Below are positions 56,430 through 64,000 of a stretch of DNA of 64,000 nt, in pieces (position 1 is the stretch's first letter; each line of letters begins with the position of its first letter). Source of the DNA: Pyrinomonadaceae bacterium (GTDB lineage Bacteria > Acidobacteriota > Blastocatellia > Pyrinomonadales > Pyrinomonadaceae). The notes beneath the pieces are model-generated. The model had not been told where the DNA came from. It worked only from the letters and a program-made list of their open reading frames with translations, and did no database searches. Location of the stretch: positions 101,030 through 165,029 of the forward strand of contig JBKBYA010000007.1 of assembly GCA_046313635.1 (NCBI GenBank). Direction: 5' to 3'. The translations under genes and the position numbers were made by a program.

Positions 56430-56451
56430 AAACAGAGGAAGGGGGGCAGAA

Positions 56452-57132
56452 ATGAAAAATACATTGTTAGTGGTCGTTTTAACTATCGCTGCGATCGCTT
56501 TCGCGGCTTGTAACCAAACCACTTCCAACGGCAACTCAGCGGCAAATCACGGTGGAATGCATAACGGCTCATCGAATTCGATGAATCACAACTCGATGCC
56601 GATGAATTCCAACATGTCGGGGATGGATCACGGATCGATGCAATCCTCGCCGAACGCCGCGAGCCAGCCGTACGATCTGCAGTTCATCGACACGATGACG
56701 AATCACCATCAGGGTGCGATCGAGATGGCGGAGATGGCACTCAAGAAATCGAACAACGCCGAGCTCAGAGCCTTCGCCCAAAAGATCATCGACGACCAGA
56801 AAAAGGAAATCGCGCAGATGAAGGACTGGCGCGAAAAATGGTACGCGGGGAAACCTGAGGCGGTGAATATGCAAATGCCCGGGATGATGGACTCGATGAA
56901 GATGATGGCGGGTGACGAGATGAAGAAAATGGAAACCGCAAGCGGCAAGGATTTCGACGTTCATTTTCTCGATATGATGACCCCGCACCACGCGGGCGCC
57001 GTAACAATGGCGAAAGAGGCCTTGGCACGCGCTGAGCACCCGGAAATCAAGACGCTGGCCAATCAAGTCATCAAGGAGCAGGAAGCAGAAATCAAAGAGA
57101 TGGCTGACTGGAAATCGAAGTGGTCGAAATAG
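56452..57132 (+). CDS. DUF305 (CopM-like) Met/His-rich lipoprotein
   Basis: FIDTMTNHHQGAIEMA; FLDMMTPHHAGAVTMA. Confidence 0.9.
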   Translation: MKNTLLVVVLTIAAIAFAACNQTTSNGNSAANHGGMHNGSSNSMNHNSMPMNSNMSGMDHGSMQSSPNAASQPYDLQFIDTMTNHHQGAIEMAEMALKKSNNAELRAFAQKIIDDQKKEIAQMKDWREKWYAGKPEAVNMQMPGMMDSMKMMAGDEMKKMETASGKDFDVHFLDMMTPHHAGAVTMAKEALARAEHPEIKTLANQVIKEQEAEIKEMADWKSKWSK

Positions 57133-57201
57133 TTGGGAGCTAATGTGAAAGGTGAAAAATAAGGGAAGGATCCACTGGTTACGCCTCATCCTCACTGACC
57201 T

Positions 57202-60200
57202 ATGAACGCAATTATTAAATGGGCACTGCAGAACCGGTTGATCGTCGTCGCGATCGCCGCGTTGTTGCTCGTGTGGGGCGGCTACGTCGCGTTCAACCTG
57301 CCTGTGGATGTTTTCCCTGACCTCAACAAACCGACGATCACGATCCTGACCGAGGCCGAGGGCCTCGCTCCCGAGGAGGTCGAGACGCAGGTTTCGTACC
57401 CGATCGAGACGGTGATGAACGGCGTTCCGGGCGTTACGCGCGTGCGCTCGCAGAGCGGCATCGGTCTTTCGATCGTGTACGTCGAGTTCGATTGGGGCAC
57501 CGACATCTACCGCAACCGCCAGCTCGTCGCCGAAAAGATCACGGAGGCGCGCGAGCAGCTTCCCGTGGGCGTATCGCCGTTCCTCGCCCCGATCTCGTCG
57601 ATCATGGGCGAGATCATGCTGATCTCGATCACCTCGGAAGGCGGGAAAACTAGCCCGCTCGACGTGCGCACTTTGGCCGACTGGACGGTGCGCCCGCGGC
57701 TGCTTACTATCACCGGCGTCTCTCAGGTGATCCCCATCGGCGGCGGGGTCAAGCAGTACCAGGCACTCGTCTCCCCGGAAAAGCTCAAGCAGTTCGGCGT
57801 CACGATCGAGGACGTCTCGACGGCCCTCGAAAAATCGAACTCGAACTCGACCGGCGGGTTCGTCGATGCGCAGTCGCAGGAGTATCTGGTCCGGAACCTC
57901 GGTCGGTTCTATTCCATCGACGAGCTCAAGAACACCGTAGTCGCTTACCGAAATAATACCCCGATCCGGCTCGGCGATGTCGCGACGGTGGAGTTCGGCC
58001 CGCGCATCAAACGCGGCGACGCCGGCTCGAACGGGCAGCCGGCTGTGATCATGTCGGTACAAAAGCAGCCCGGCGCATCGACGATCGAGCTGACCGAAAA
58101 GGTCGAGACCGCGATAAAGGATCTGCAAACGACCCTGCCACCCGATATCGTCATCAACACAAATCTTTTCCGCCAGTCGAATTTCATCGAGGCGTCCATC
58201 GGGAACGTCGTCGAAGCCCTCCGCGACGGGGCTATCCTTGTGGCGATCGTCCTCTTCCTGTTCCTGCTCAACTTCCGGACGACCGCGATAACGCTAACCG
58301 CGATCCCGCTTTCGTTTGTGGTAACCTTCCTGGTTCTCTGGGCGTTCGGGATCTCGATCAACACGATGACTCTTGGCGGTTTAGCCGTCGCTATCGGCGA
58401 ACTCGTGGACGACGCGATCGTCGATATCGAGAACATCTATCGCCGGCTTCGTGAGAACTACGCGTTGCCTGATCCCCGTCCTTCGCTCGAGGTAATCTAT
58501 CACGCATCGCTGGAGATCCGTTCTTCGATCGTGTTCGCGACCATCATCGTCGCGCTGGTCTTTCTCCCGCTCTTCATGCTCACCGGGGTCGAGGGAAGGC
58601 TGCTTGCCCCGCTGGGTCTCGCGTACATCACGTCCTTGGTCGCATCGCTTTTCGTCAGCCTGACGATCACCCCGGTTCTGGCGTCGTACCTGCTCCCACA
58701 GCTTTTCAAAGTGAAGAGGGGGCGTGGAGTTTTGGCCAGCTGGTTCGGAGCATTGAAGGCGAGATTCTACGGAGCCGGGACCACGGATGAACCCCAGGCA
58801 TTTGAGGACGGCGAAGATGCAAAAGACGGCGGCCATTCCGAGGAGGACAGCTTCGTCGTTCGCAGGTTGAAAAAGTGGGACGAGCGGCTCCTTCACTGGA
58901 CGCTGCGCCACCCGTACAAGGTGATGATCGGGGCGGCTATGCTGTTCCTCGCGACGATGGGGACGTTGCCGTTCGTGGGCACTTCCTTTCTGCCCGAGTT
59001 CAACGAAGGCACGTTAACGATCAACGTGCTCGCGCAGCCGGGCACTTCGCTCGCCGAATCGAACCGAATCGGCGCAATATCGGAAAAACTCGTTTTGGAG
59101 GTTCCTGAGGTCATCTCGACCGGGCGACGTACGGGACGCGCGGAGCTCGATGAGCACGCCGAAGGCGTGCATTACTCCGAGATCGATGTGGACCTTAGAG
59201 AGTCCGACCGATCGCGCGATGAGATCTTGGCGCACATCCGCGAACGGCTCGCGGTCGTCCCGGGGGTTTCCGTGAGCGTCGGGCAGCCGATCTCGCACCG
59301 TCTCGACCATTTGCAGTCGGGCGTGCGGGCGCAGATCGCCGTTAAGCTTTTCGGCGACGACTTGTCCGTTCTGCGTTCGAAAGCGGAAGAGATCCGCAAC
59401 GTGATGGCGACGGTCGAGGGCGCGGCGGACGTCCAGATCGAAAGGCAAGTGCTGATCCCGCAGATTAGGTTCAACATCGACCGCGCCCGCGCCGCCCAAT
59501 ACGGTCTGCAGCCGGGCGAGGTCACCGACACGCTCGAAACGGCGCTAAACGGACGAACCGTCTCGCAGGCGATCGAGGGGGCTCGACGGTACGACGTCGT
59601 AGTCCGGTTCGATGACGCGTCGCGCAACAGTCTTGAGGCCCTGCGCAGCGCGACCGTCGATACGCCGCAAGGAGTGCAGATTCCGGTGTCCGCGGTTGCC
59701 ACCATCGAAAATCTGCCGGGCCCGAATCAAATTTTGCGAGAGAACACGCAGCGGCGAATCGTGATCTCGTCCAACACGGCTGACCGCGACCTCGGCTCCG
59801 TCGTCCGCGACATGGAGAACCGCATCGCGGCGCAGGTCGATCTTCCGCAAGGGTACTTTCTCGAGTTCGGCGGGCAGTTCCAGGCATCGCAGGAAGCGAC
59901 CCGAACGCTATCGCTTCTCACCATCTTTTCCCTCATCGCGATCTTCTTTCTTTTGATAAAGGCGCTCGGCGACTGGCGTTCCGCATTGCAGGTGATGATC
60001 AACATCCCGCTCGCCCTGATCGGGGCGGTCATCGCGCTTCTTCTGAGCGGTGGCGTCTTCTCAGTCGCCACGCTCGTTGGGTTCATATCGCTCGTCGGCA
60101 TAACGTCGCGCAACGGGATCATGATGATCTCGCACTACCTGCACCTGATGCGCGAGGAGGGCGAGAACTTCACCGAGGAGATGATCATCCGCGGCTCGTT

Positions 60201-60501
60201 GGAAAGGCTCGTTCCCGTGATGATGACCGCCCTAACCGCGGGCCTCTCGCTCGTCCCTTTCATTTTGGCAGCGGACGCACCGGGTAAGGAGATCCTTCAC
60301 CCGCTCGCGGTCGTCGTGCTCGGAGGCATCCTGACATCGACGCTGCTCGATCAGCTCGTCACGCCGGCGGTGTTTTATAAGTTTGGGAAGCCCACCGCGG
60401 ACCGCGTCATCGCCGAACGCGAGGGCCGCGCTGAGAGTGCGCTCGGCGACGCCGACGTCCCACCGTTCGGCGCACGTATGCCGCAGTGGAAGGAAGAATA
60501 A
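57202..60501 (+). CDS. Heavy-metal RND pump (CusA/CzcA family)
   Basis: LPVDVFPDLN, GELVDDAIVDIEN, ERLVPVMMTA. Confidence 0.95.
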   Translation: MNAIIKWALQNRLIVVAIAALLLVWGGYVAFNLPVDVFPDLNKPTITILTEAEGLAPEEVETQVSYPIETVMNGVPGVTRVRSQSGIGLSIVYVEFDWGTDIYRNRQLVAEKITEAREQLPVGVSPFLAPISSIMGEIMLISITSEGGKTSPLDVRTLADWTVRPRLLTITGVSQVIPIGGGVKQYQALVSPEKLKQFGVTIEDVSTALEKSNSNSTGGFVDAQSQEYLVRNLGRFYSIDELKNTVVAYRNNTPIRLGDVATVEFGPRIKRGDAGSNGQPAVIMSVQKQPGASTIELTEKVETAIKDLQTTLPPDIVINTNLFRQSNFIEASIGNVVEALRDGAILVAIVLFLFLLNFRTTAITLTAIPLSFVVTFLVLWAFGISINTMTLGGLAVAIGELVDDAIVDIENIYRRLRENYALPDPRPSLEVIYHASLEIRSSIVFATIIVALVFLPLFMLTGVEGRLLAPLGLAYITSLVASLFVSLTITPVLASYLLPQLFKVKRGRGVLASWFGALKARFYGAGTTDEPQAFEDGEDAKDGGHSEEDSFVVRRLKKWDERLLHWTLRHPYKVMIGAAMLFLATMGTLPFVGTSFLPEFNEGTLTINVLAQPGTSLAESNRIGAISEKLVLEVPEVISTGRRTGRAELDEHAEGVHYSEIDVDLRESDRSRDEILAHIRERLAVVPGVSVSVGQPISHRLDHLQSGVRAQIAVKLFGDDLSVLRSKAEEIRNVMATVEGAADVQIERQVLIPQIRFNIDRARAAQYGLQPGEVTDTLETALNGRTVSQAIEGARRYDVVVRFDDASRNSLEALRSATVDTPQGVQIPVSAVATIENLPGPNQILRENTQRRIVISSNTADRDLGSVVRDMENRIAAQVDLPQGYFLEFGGQFQASQEATRTLSLLTIFSLIAIFFLLIKALGDWRSALQVMINIPLALIGAVIALLLSGGVFSVATLVGFISLVGITSRNGIMMISHYLHLMREEGENFTEEMIIRGSLERLVPVMMTALTAGLSLVPFILAADAPGKEILHPLAVVVLGGILTSTLLDQLVTPAVFYKFGKPTADRVIAEREGRAESALGDADVPPFGARMPQWKEE

Positions 60502-60550
60502 GAACTTGAATTTTTCCGGCTCGGCTTTGGAATTTCGCAAGGAGGGTTGT

Positions 60551-60997
60551 ATGCAACATTCAATGTGGCTGCGGCTAGCCGTAATGACGGTCGTCGGGTT
60601 CGTGGCAATGTATTTGCTGATGTTCACGATGATCGACACGGGGGCCGATTTCTACCAGAACCTGAACATGGCGTACATGGCGGGGAGCATGACGGCTGCG
60701 ATGGTGGTGATCGAGCTGATCGTGATGAGCGTGATGTACAAGAACGCGAAGTTACGGAACCTCCTGATCGGAGTCAGCGCCGTGTTGCTGGTTGTGACGG
60801 TTTTGTGCACGCGCTACCAGACGGGGATCGGCGACGTCGGGTTCCTCCGATCGATGATCCCGCACCATTCGGGGGCGATTCTGATGTGCCGGGAGGCCGC
60901 GATTACGGATCCGGAACTCGTAAAGCTCTGTGGCGAGATCACGGAGAGTCAGCGGCGGGAGATCGACCAGATGAACCGGATATTGGAGGGCAAGTAG
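60551..60997 (+). CDS. Membrane DUF305-domain protein
   Basis: Three TM helices, then FLRSMIPHHSGAILMC..QRREIDQM. Confidence 0.88.
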   Translation: MQHSMWLRLAVMTVVGFVAMYLLMFTMIDTGADFYQNLNMAYMAGSMTAAMVVIELIVMSVMYKNAKLRNLLIGVSAVLLVVTVLCTRYQTGIGDVGFLRSMIPHHSGAILMCREAAITDPELVKLCGEITESQRREIDQMNRILEGK

Positions 60998-61062
60998 CGT
61001 CGTCGTTTCGGTGGATAGCGGCCCCGGGAGCATCCGGAGGGATTAAGGTTTCCGGTCGCTTG

Positions 61063-61362
61063 CTACGTCAGCTTCCGCAGATGGGCGGATATCTCGTCGG
61101 CGAGCGACCGACGTTCGCTCTCTGATAGATCTCCGGCCACTGACTTTTCGCCCAGGGCGGCCAAGTGCTTCTGCAGCATGTCCACCTGCACGCGGCGCAG
61201 GGCGTTGATGGACGCCGATATTTGGTGGGTGACATCGAGGCAGTCACGCTCGTTTTCGATCATCTGCTGCAGGCCGCGTATCTGGCCTTCGATGCGGCGG
61301 AGTCGGGGCAACTGCTCGCGGTGGGATGCCCCGCTTGCCGGGTTCGCTGTTTTTCGAGTCAA
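61063..61362 (-). CDS. CsoR/RcnR-family metal-sensing repressor
   Basis: RLRRIEGQIRGLQQMIE.ERDC..Q..A..AL; AAGGAGG before the TTG start. Confidence 0.9.
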   Translation of the reverse strand: MTRKTANPASGASHREQLPRLRRIEGQIRGLQQMIENERDCLDVTHQISASINALRRVQVDMLQKHLAALGEKSVAGDLSESERRSLADEISAHLRKLT

Positions 61363-61564
61363 GCTTCGCAGCCTCCTTTGACCATTAAAGGGACGCGGCG
61401 ATGATGCGGAGTGTTTTCAGTTACCGGCTGACACACTCCGACAAAAGAGTAGCGGAGGCGTCGCCAACGCTTCCGCTACTTGCACAATAGCACATTTCGT
61501 ACCCCCAAAAATACCCTCGAGCTCGAACCGCCACCGTCACGCCGGAGCCTATACTTGCTTTTCG

Positions 61565-61583
61565 CATACTCCCTGGGGGTATG
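61565..61583. promoter_or_regulatory. CsoR-type operator
   Basis: CATAC-TCCC-T-GGGG-GTATG: C/G tracts flanked by ATAC/GTAT. Confidence 0.75.
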
Positions 61584-61702
61584 TCCGCGAGTATACATTT
61601 CTAGCCATCCCTTTTCGCTAATCTTGGTTAATTGAGTTTCATCCGCGGAGGACGAAAGTTTGCCCAATATGCCCGAAGCGGTATCCCAGGGAGGTTGCCC
61701 GA

Positions 61703-61852
61703 ATGGAAAAACGCACAGACCCCATTTGCGGGATGCAGATCGACGAATCCGACGCAGTTGGGACGACGGAGTATCACGGAACGACCTATTACTTCTGCTC
61801 GCCCTCGTGCAAGCAGAAGTTCGAAGAAAGCCCGGAGGATTACGCAGAGTAG
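61703..61852 (+). CDS. YHS-domain protein (49 aa, absent from the ORF track)
   Basis: MEKRTDPICGMQIDE..YYFCSPSCKQKFEESPEDY; GGAGG RBS. Confidence 0.9.
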   Translation: MEKRTDPICGMQIDESDAVGTTEYHGTTYYFCSPSCKQKFEESPEDYAE

Positions 61853-61938
61853 CTGCAGGGGACGCATCGTGGCCGTCCGATAACGGCTTTGATCAATAGC
61901 CGGTTAACTGTTTTTTAGAGAATTCAAGGAGGAAAATA

Positions 61939-62310
61939 ATGCCACATCAAGAAATGAGTCAGGAGATGCGGGACTGCATCAGCAATTGCATGACCTGCCA
62001 CGCGGTTTGCCTCGAAACCATCAGCCACTGCTTGGAGATGGGCGGGGAACACGCCTCGCCCCAGCACATTAGACTTTTGCAGGACTGTGCGCAGATCTGC
62101 GTGACCAGCGCGGACTTCATGCTCAGGATGAGCGATCACCACCCGCAGGTTTGCGGCGTTTGCGCCGACATTTGCGACGCGTGTGCCCGCGAGTGCGAAA
62201 GTATGGCGGACGGGGCCGAATTCATGCGGCGCTGCGCCGACGCCTGCCGGCGCTGCGCGGAAAGCTGCCGCAGGATGTCCTCGGGGGCGTCATCGACGGC
62301 TTCAATGTAA
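61939..62310 (+). CDS. Cys-rich four-helix-bundle copper storage protein (Csp3/DUF326-like)
   Basis: Repeated CxxxC/CxxC; LLQDCAQIC; no signal peptide. Confidence 0.92.
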   Translation: MPHQEMSQEMRDCISNCMTCHAVCLETISHCLEMGGEHASPQHIRLLQDCAQICVTSADFMLRMSDHHPQVCGVCADICDACARECESMADGAEFMRRCADACRRCAESCRRMSSGASSTASM

Positions 62311-62390
62311 TGGTCAGTTGGCGGCCGGATCGCGGGATTGTTTCCCGCACGGCCGCCATCACTATTATTTATCGAATTAATGGGGGAGCT

Positions 62391-62981
62391 ATGAACTTTG
62401 GAAATGGAAAGCCGACCATATCATTGATAGTGCTTTCTTTCGTGCTATTTCTTGGATTGTGCGTCACTTCAGTGAACGCCCAGTCGCAGGAAAGTGGACC
62501 GGCGCCGGATAAAGCGACGGCGAAGTACGAAATCGATTTCATGCAGGACATGATCGACCACCACGCGATGGCGGTGCAGATGGCGAACATGTGCGTCGAA
62601 AAAGCGATCCATGTGGAACTGCGGACGCTTTGTCAGGAAATCATCGCCGCCCAGTCGGCGGAGATTCAGCAGATGCAGACGTGGTTGATGGAATGGTACG
62701 GCATCTCCTATTCGCCGGAGATGAAACCGGGCGACATGCGGATGATGGAAAAAATGGCGGAGCTTTCAGGCGCCGAGTTTGAGATCGAATTCATGGAGAT
62801 GATGATCAAGCACCATTTGAAAGCGATCCGGAAAGCCTCCAAATGTGTCGACCGTGTTTTCCATGACCAACTGCGCGAGATGTGCGAAAACATAATCGTC
62901 ACGCAAGCCGCTGAAATAGAGCAAATGCGGACGTGGCTGTGCGATTGGTACGGCATCTGCAAGGACAGGCCGGCGGTTTGA
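62391..62981 (+). CDS. Exported DUF305 protein
   Basis: FMQDMIDHHAMAVQMA; FMEMMIKHH. Confidence 0.9.
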   Translation: MNFGNGKPTISLIVLSFVLFLGLCVTSVNAQSQESGPAPDKATAKYEIDFMQDMIDHHAMAVQMANMCVEKAIHVELRTLCQEIIAAQSAEIQQMQTWLMEWYGISYSPEMKPGDMRMMEKMAELSGAEFEIEFMEMMIKHHLKAIRKASKCVDRVFHDQLREMCENIIVTQAAEIEQMRTWLCDWYGICKDRPAV

Positions 62982-63047
62982 AAGTGTTGTTGACGAGAAA
63001 GCGGTAAATGGGCACCGTAGATGTTAAAAAATTTGTCTCGGAACGCT

Positions 63048-63134
63048 ATGAAGAAACTAGGAGCGATTTCAGGTGCCGAGTACTACGGGATGTTCCTCGA
63101 CACGTTCATCAACCATCATCGGATGAGCGAATGA
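63048..63134 (+). pseudogene. DUF305 gene fragment
   Basis: MKKLGAISGAEYYGMFLDTFINHH resembles the neighbour's MAELSGAEFEIEFMEMMIKHH. Confidence 0.45.
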
Positions 63135-63376
63135 TACGGCGCGGGAGAGAATCGCGAAGCACACGCCGCGGACGTCTCGCAGATAGGTAATTCAGAACCC
63201 GGGCGGGAGCGCGCGTAGGGCCGTGCATTTAGTGGAATCTCTACGATCGAGAATCGCCGGGCACACACAGAAAACGCGGACCCGCCGGAGCCCTGCGGAG
63301 TGCGGAGCGCAAAACTGCCGTTTCGAGATCGCCGATTCGCTTTGGAACGGGCGCGACTCGCGTCATGGTTCCTGGA

Positions 63377-63868
63377 TTACCGGCCGTACTGCTTGATGAT
63401 CGCGTCCCGGATCTCCCTCCCGCTCATTTTGGTTTCCTTTTTCATCTTGTATGCGGCAATCGCTTCGTTGATGCATATGCTGCAGTTGGCACCGTGGTCG
63501 TCCTTGAAGCAGCTATGCAAGCTCTTGTGCCCGAACCCGCGATCGCAGTGGCAATAGCACGGGACCTCCGCGAGGGTTTCAGGGATCTCCTTGGCGATTT
63601 TGTAGGCGGTCTGTGCCGAGCCGGTGAACATTGCCGGATCGAGGGTCGGCCCGAGGCTCGCGGCCGTCGGTGCGATCTGGAACGCAGGGACGGGTTTCTT
63701 CGATTCCGGTGCTTCCGTTGGGGTGCGCTTTTCCATCGGCGCCGACGTCCACGCGGGTCGACCGGCACGTGTGACCTGTTCCTGTTGATTCAGTTTCCAC
63801 ATGGCCGCAACGGCGGCGGCGAGTAACATTACGATTCCTAAGACAATCAAAATCCCTTTCTTTTTCAT
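63377..63868 (-). CDS. PCYCGC-motif-like Cys-rich exported protein
   Basis: N-terminal TM helix; PCYCHCDRGFGHKSLHSCF..HGANCSIC. Confidence 0.85.
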   Translation of the reverse strand: MKKKGILIVLGIVMLLAAAVAAMWKLNQQEQVTRAGRPAWTSAPMEKRTPTEAPESKKPVPAFQIAPTAASLGPTLDPAMFTGSAQTAYKIAKEIPETLAEVPCYCHCDRGFGHKSLHSCFKDDHGANCSICINEAIAAYKMKKETKMSGREIRDAIIKQYGR

Positions 63869-64000
63869 ATCTTTTTAGGGGAGTAGCGGACCGTCCCGTT
63901 CGTGGCCTTTTTCGTCAGGCGGCAGGGTTGAATCCGCTCCCACGTGCGCATATGCAAGATCCGTGCCCTCTCCAAGGCTCGCAGAAGTCGGTCCAGCGCA

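Noticed and set aside
56569..58128. 519-aa antisense ORF, and similar long antisense or alternate-frame ORFs (109-1008, 15262-16518, 47155-48318)
   Set aside because: Shadow ORFs of well-supported genes in GC-rich DNA, with no motifs
62320..62336. Additional GG-N10-GC upstream of the DUF305 gene
   Set aside because: It lacks the CAC and TT core; expected by chance at this GC content
1..64000. CRISPR array, tRNA (including tRNA-Sec), rRNA, integrase or att sites
   Set aside because: None recognised by eye; short att cores or small RNAs could have been missed
63870..64000. Partial gene at the right edge
   Set aside because: More than one minus-strand frame is open and none has a recognisable motif, so it cannot be assigned

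Overview
GC-rich window with two parts. (1) About 1-25.5 kb is the backbone of a conjugative element. No integrase, rep gene or att site is visible, so ICE versus plasmid is unresolved. It has a putative leading region (macro-like fragment, large unknown protein, ssb, RNase HI), an oriT candidate with a MOBP-type nic motif between two divergent RHH-like genes, an HUH relaxase and a VirD4 coupling protein. The divergent T4SS (VirB1/2/3/4/5/6/8/9/10-like) has no VirB11 but contains a MoxR AAA+ ATPase. Six sigma54-like -24/-12 motifs sit upstream of the transfer transcription units. (2) About 25.5-64 kb is heavy-metal cargo: czcCBA plus a PII-like protein and a P1B ATPase; feoB with an SmtB/CadC regulator; a MerR-MerC-like operon lacking merA; merR-copZ-copA; a second, dispersed RND system with cupredoxin and DUF305 proteins; and CsoR-like, YHS and Csp3-like genes. 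Two genes that the ORF track splits or truncates look like selenoproteins, each with an in-frame UGA at a redox-Cys position followed by a SECIS-like hairpin: 25587-25991 (S-U-RLY) and 44267-44824 (U-G-H-C, i.e. UxxC). The host may be an Acidobacteriota (Blastocatellia-like) organism, but that is an inference only. All family calls come from motif recognition by eye; no searches were run.
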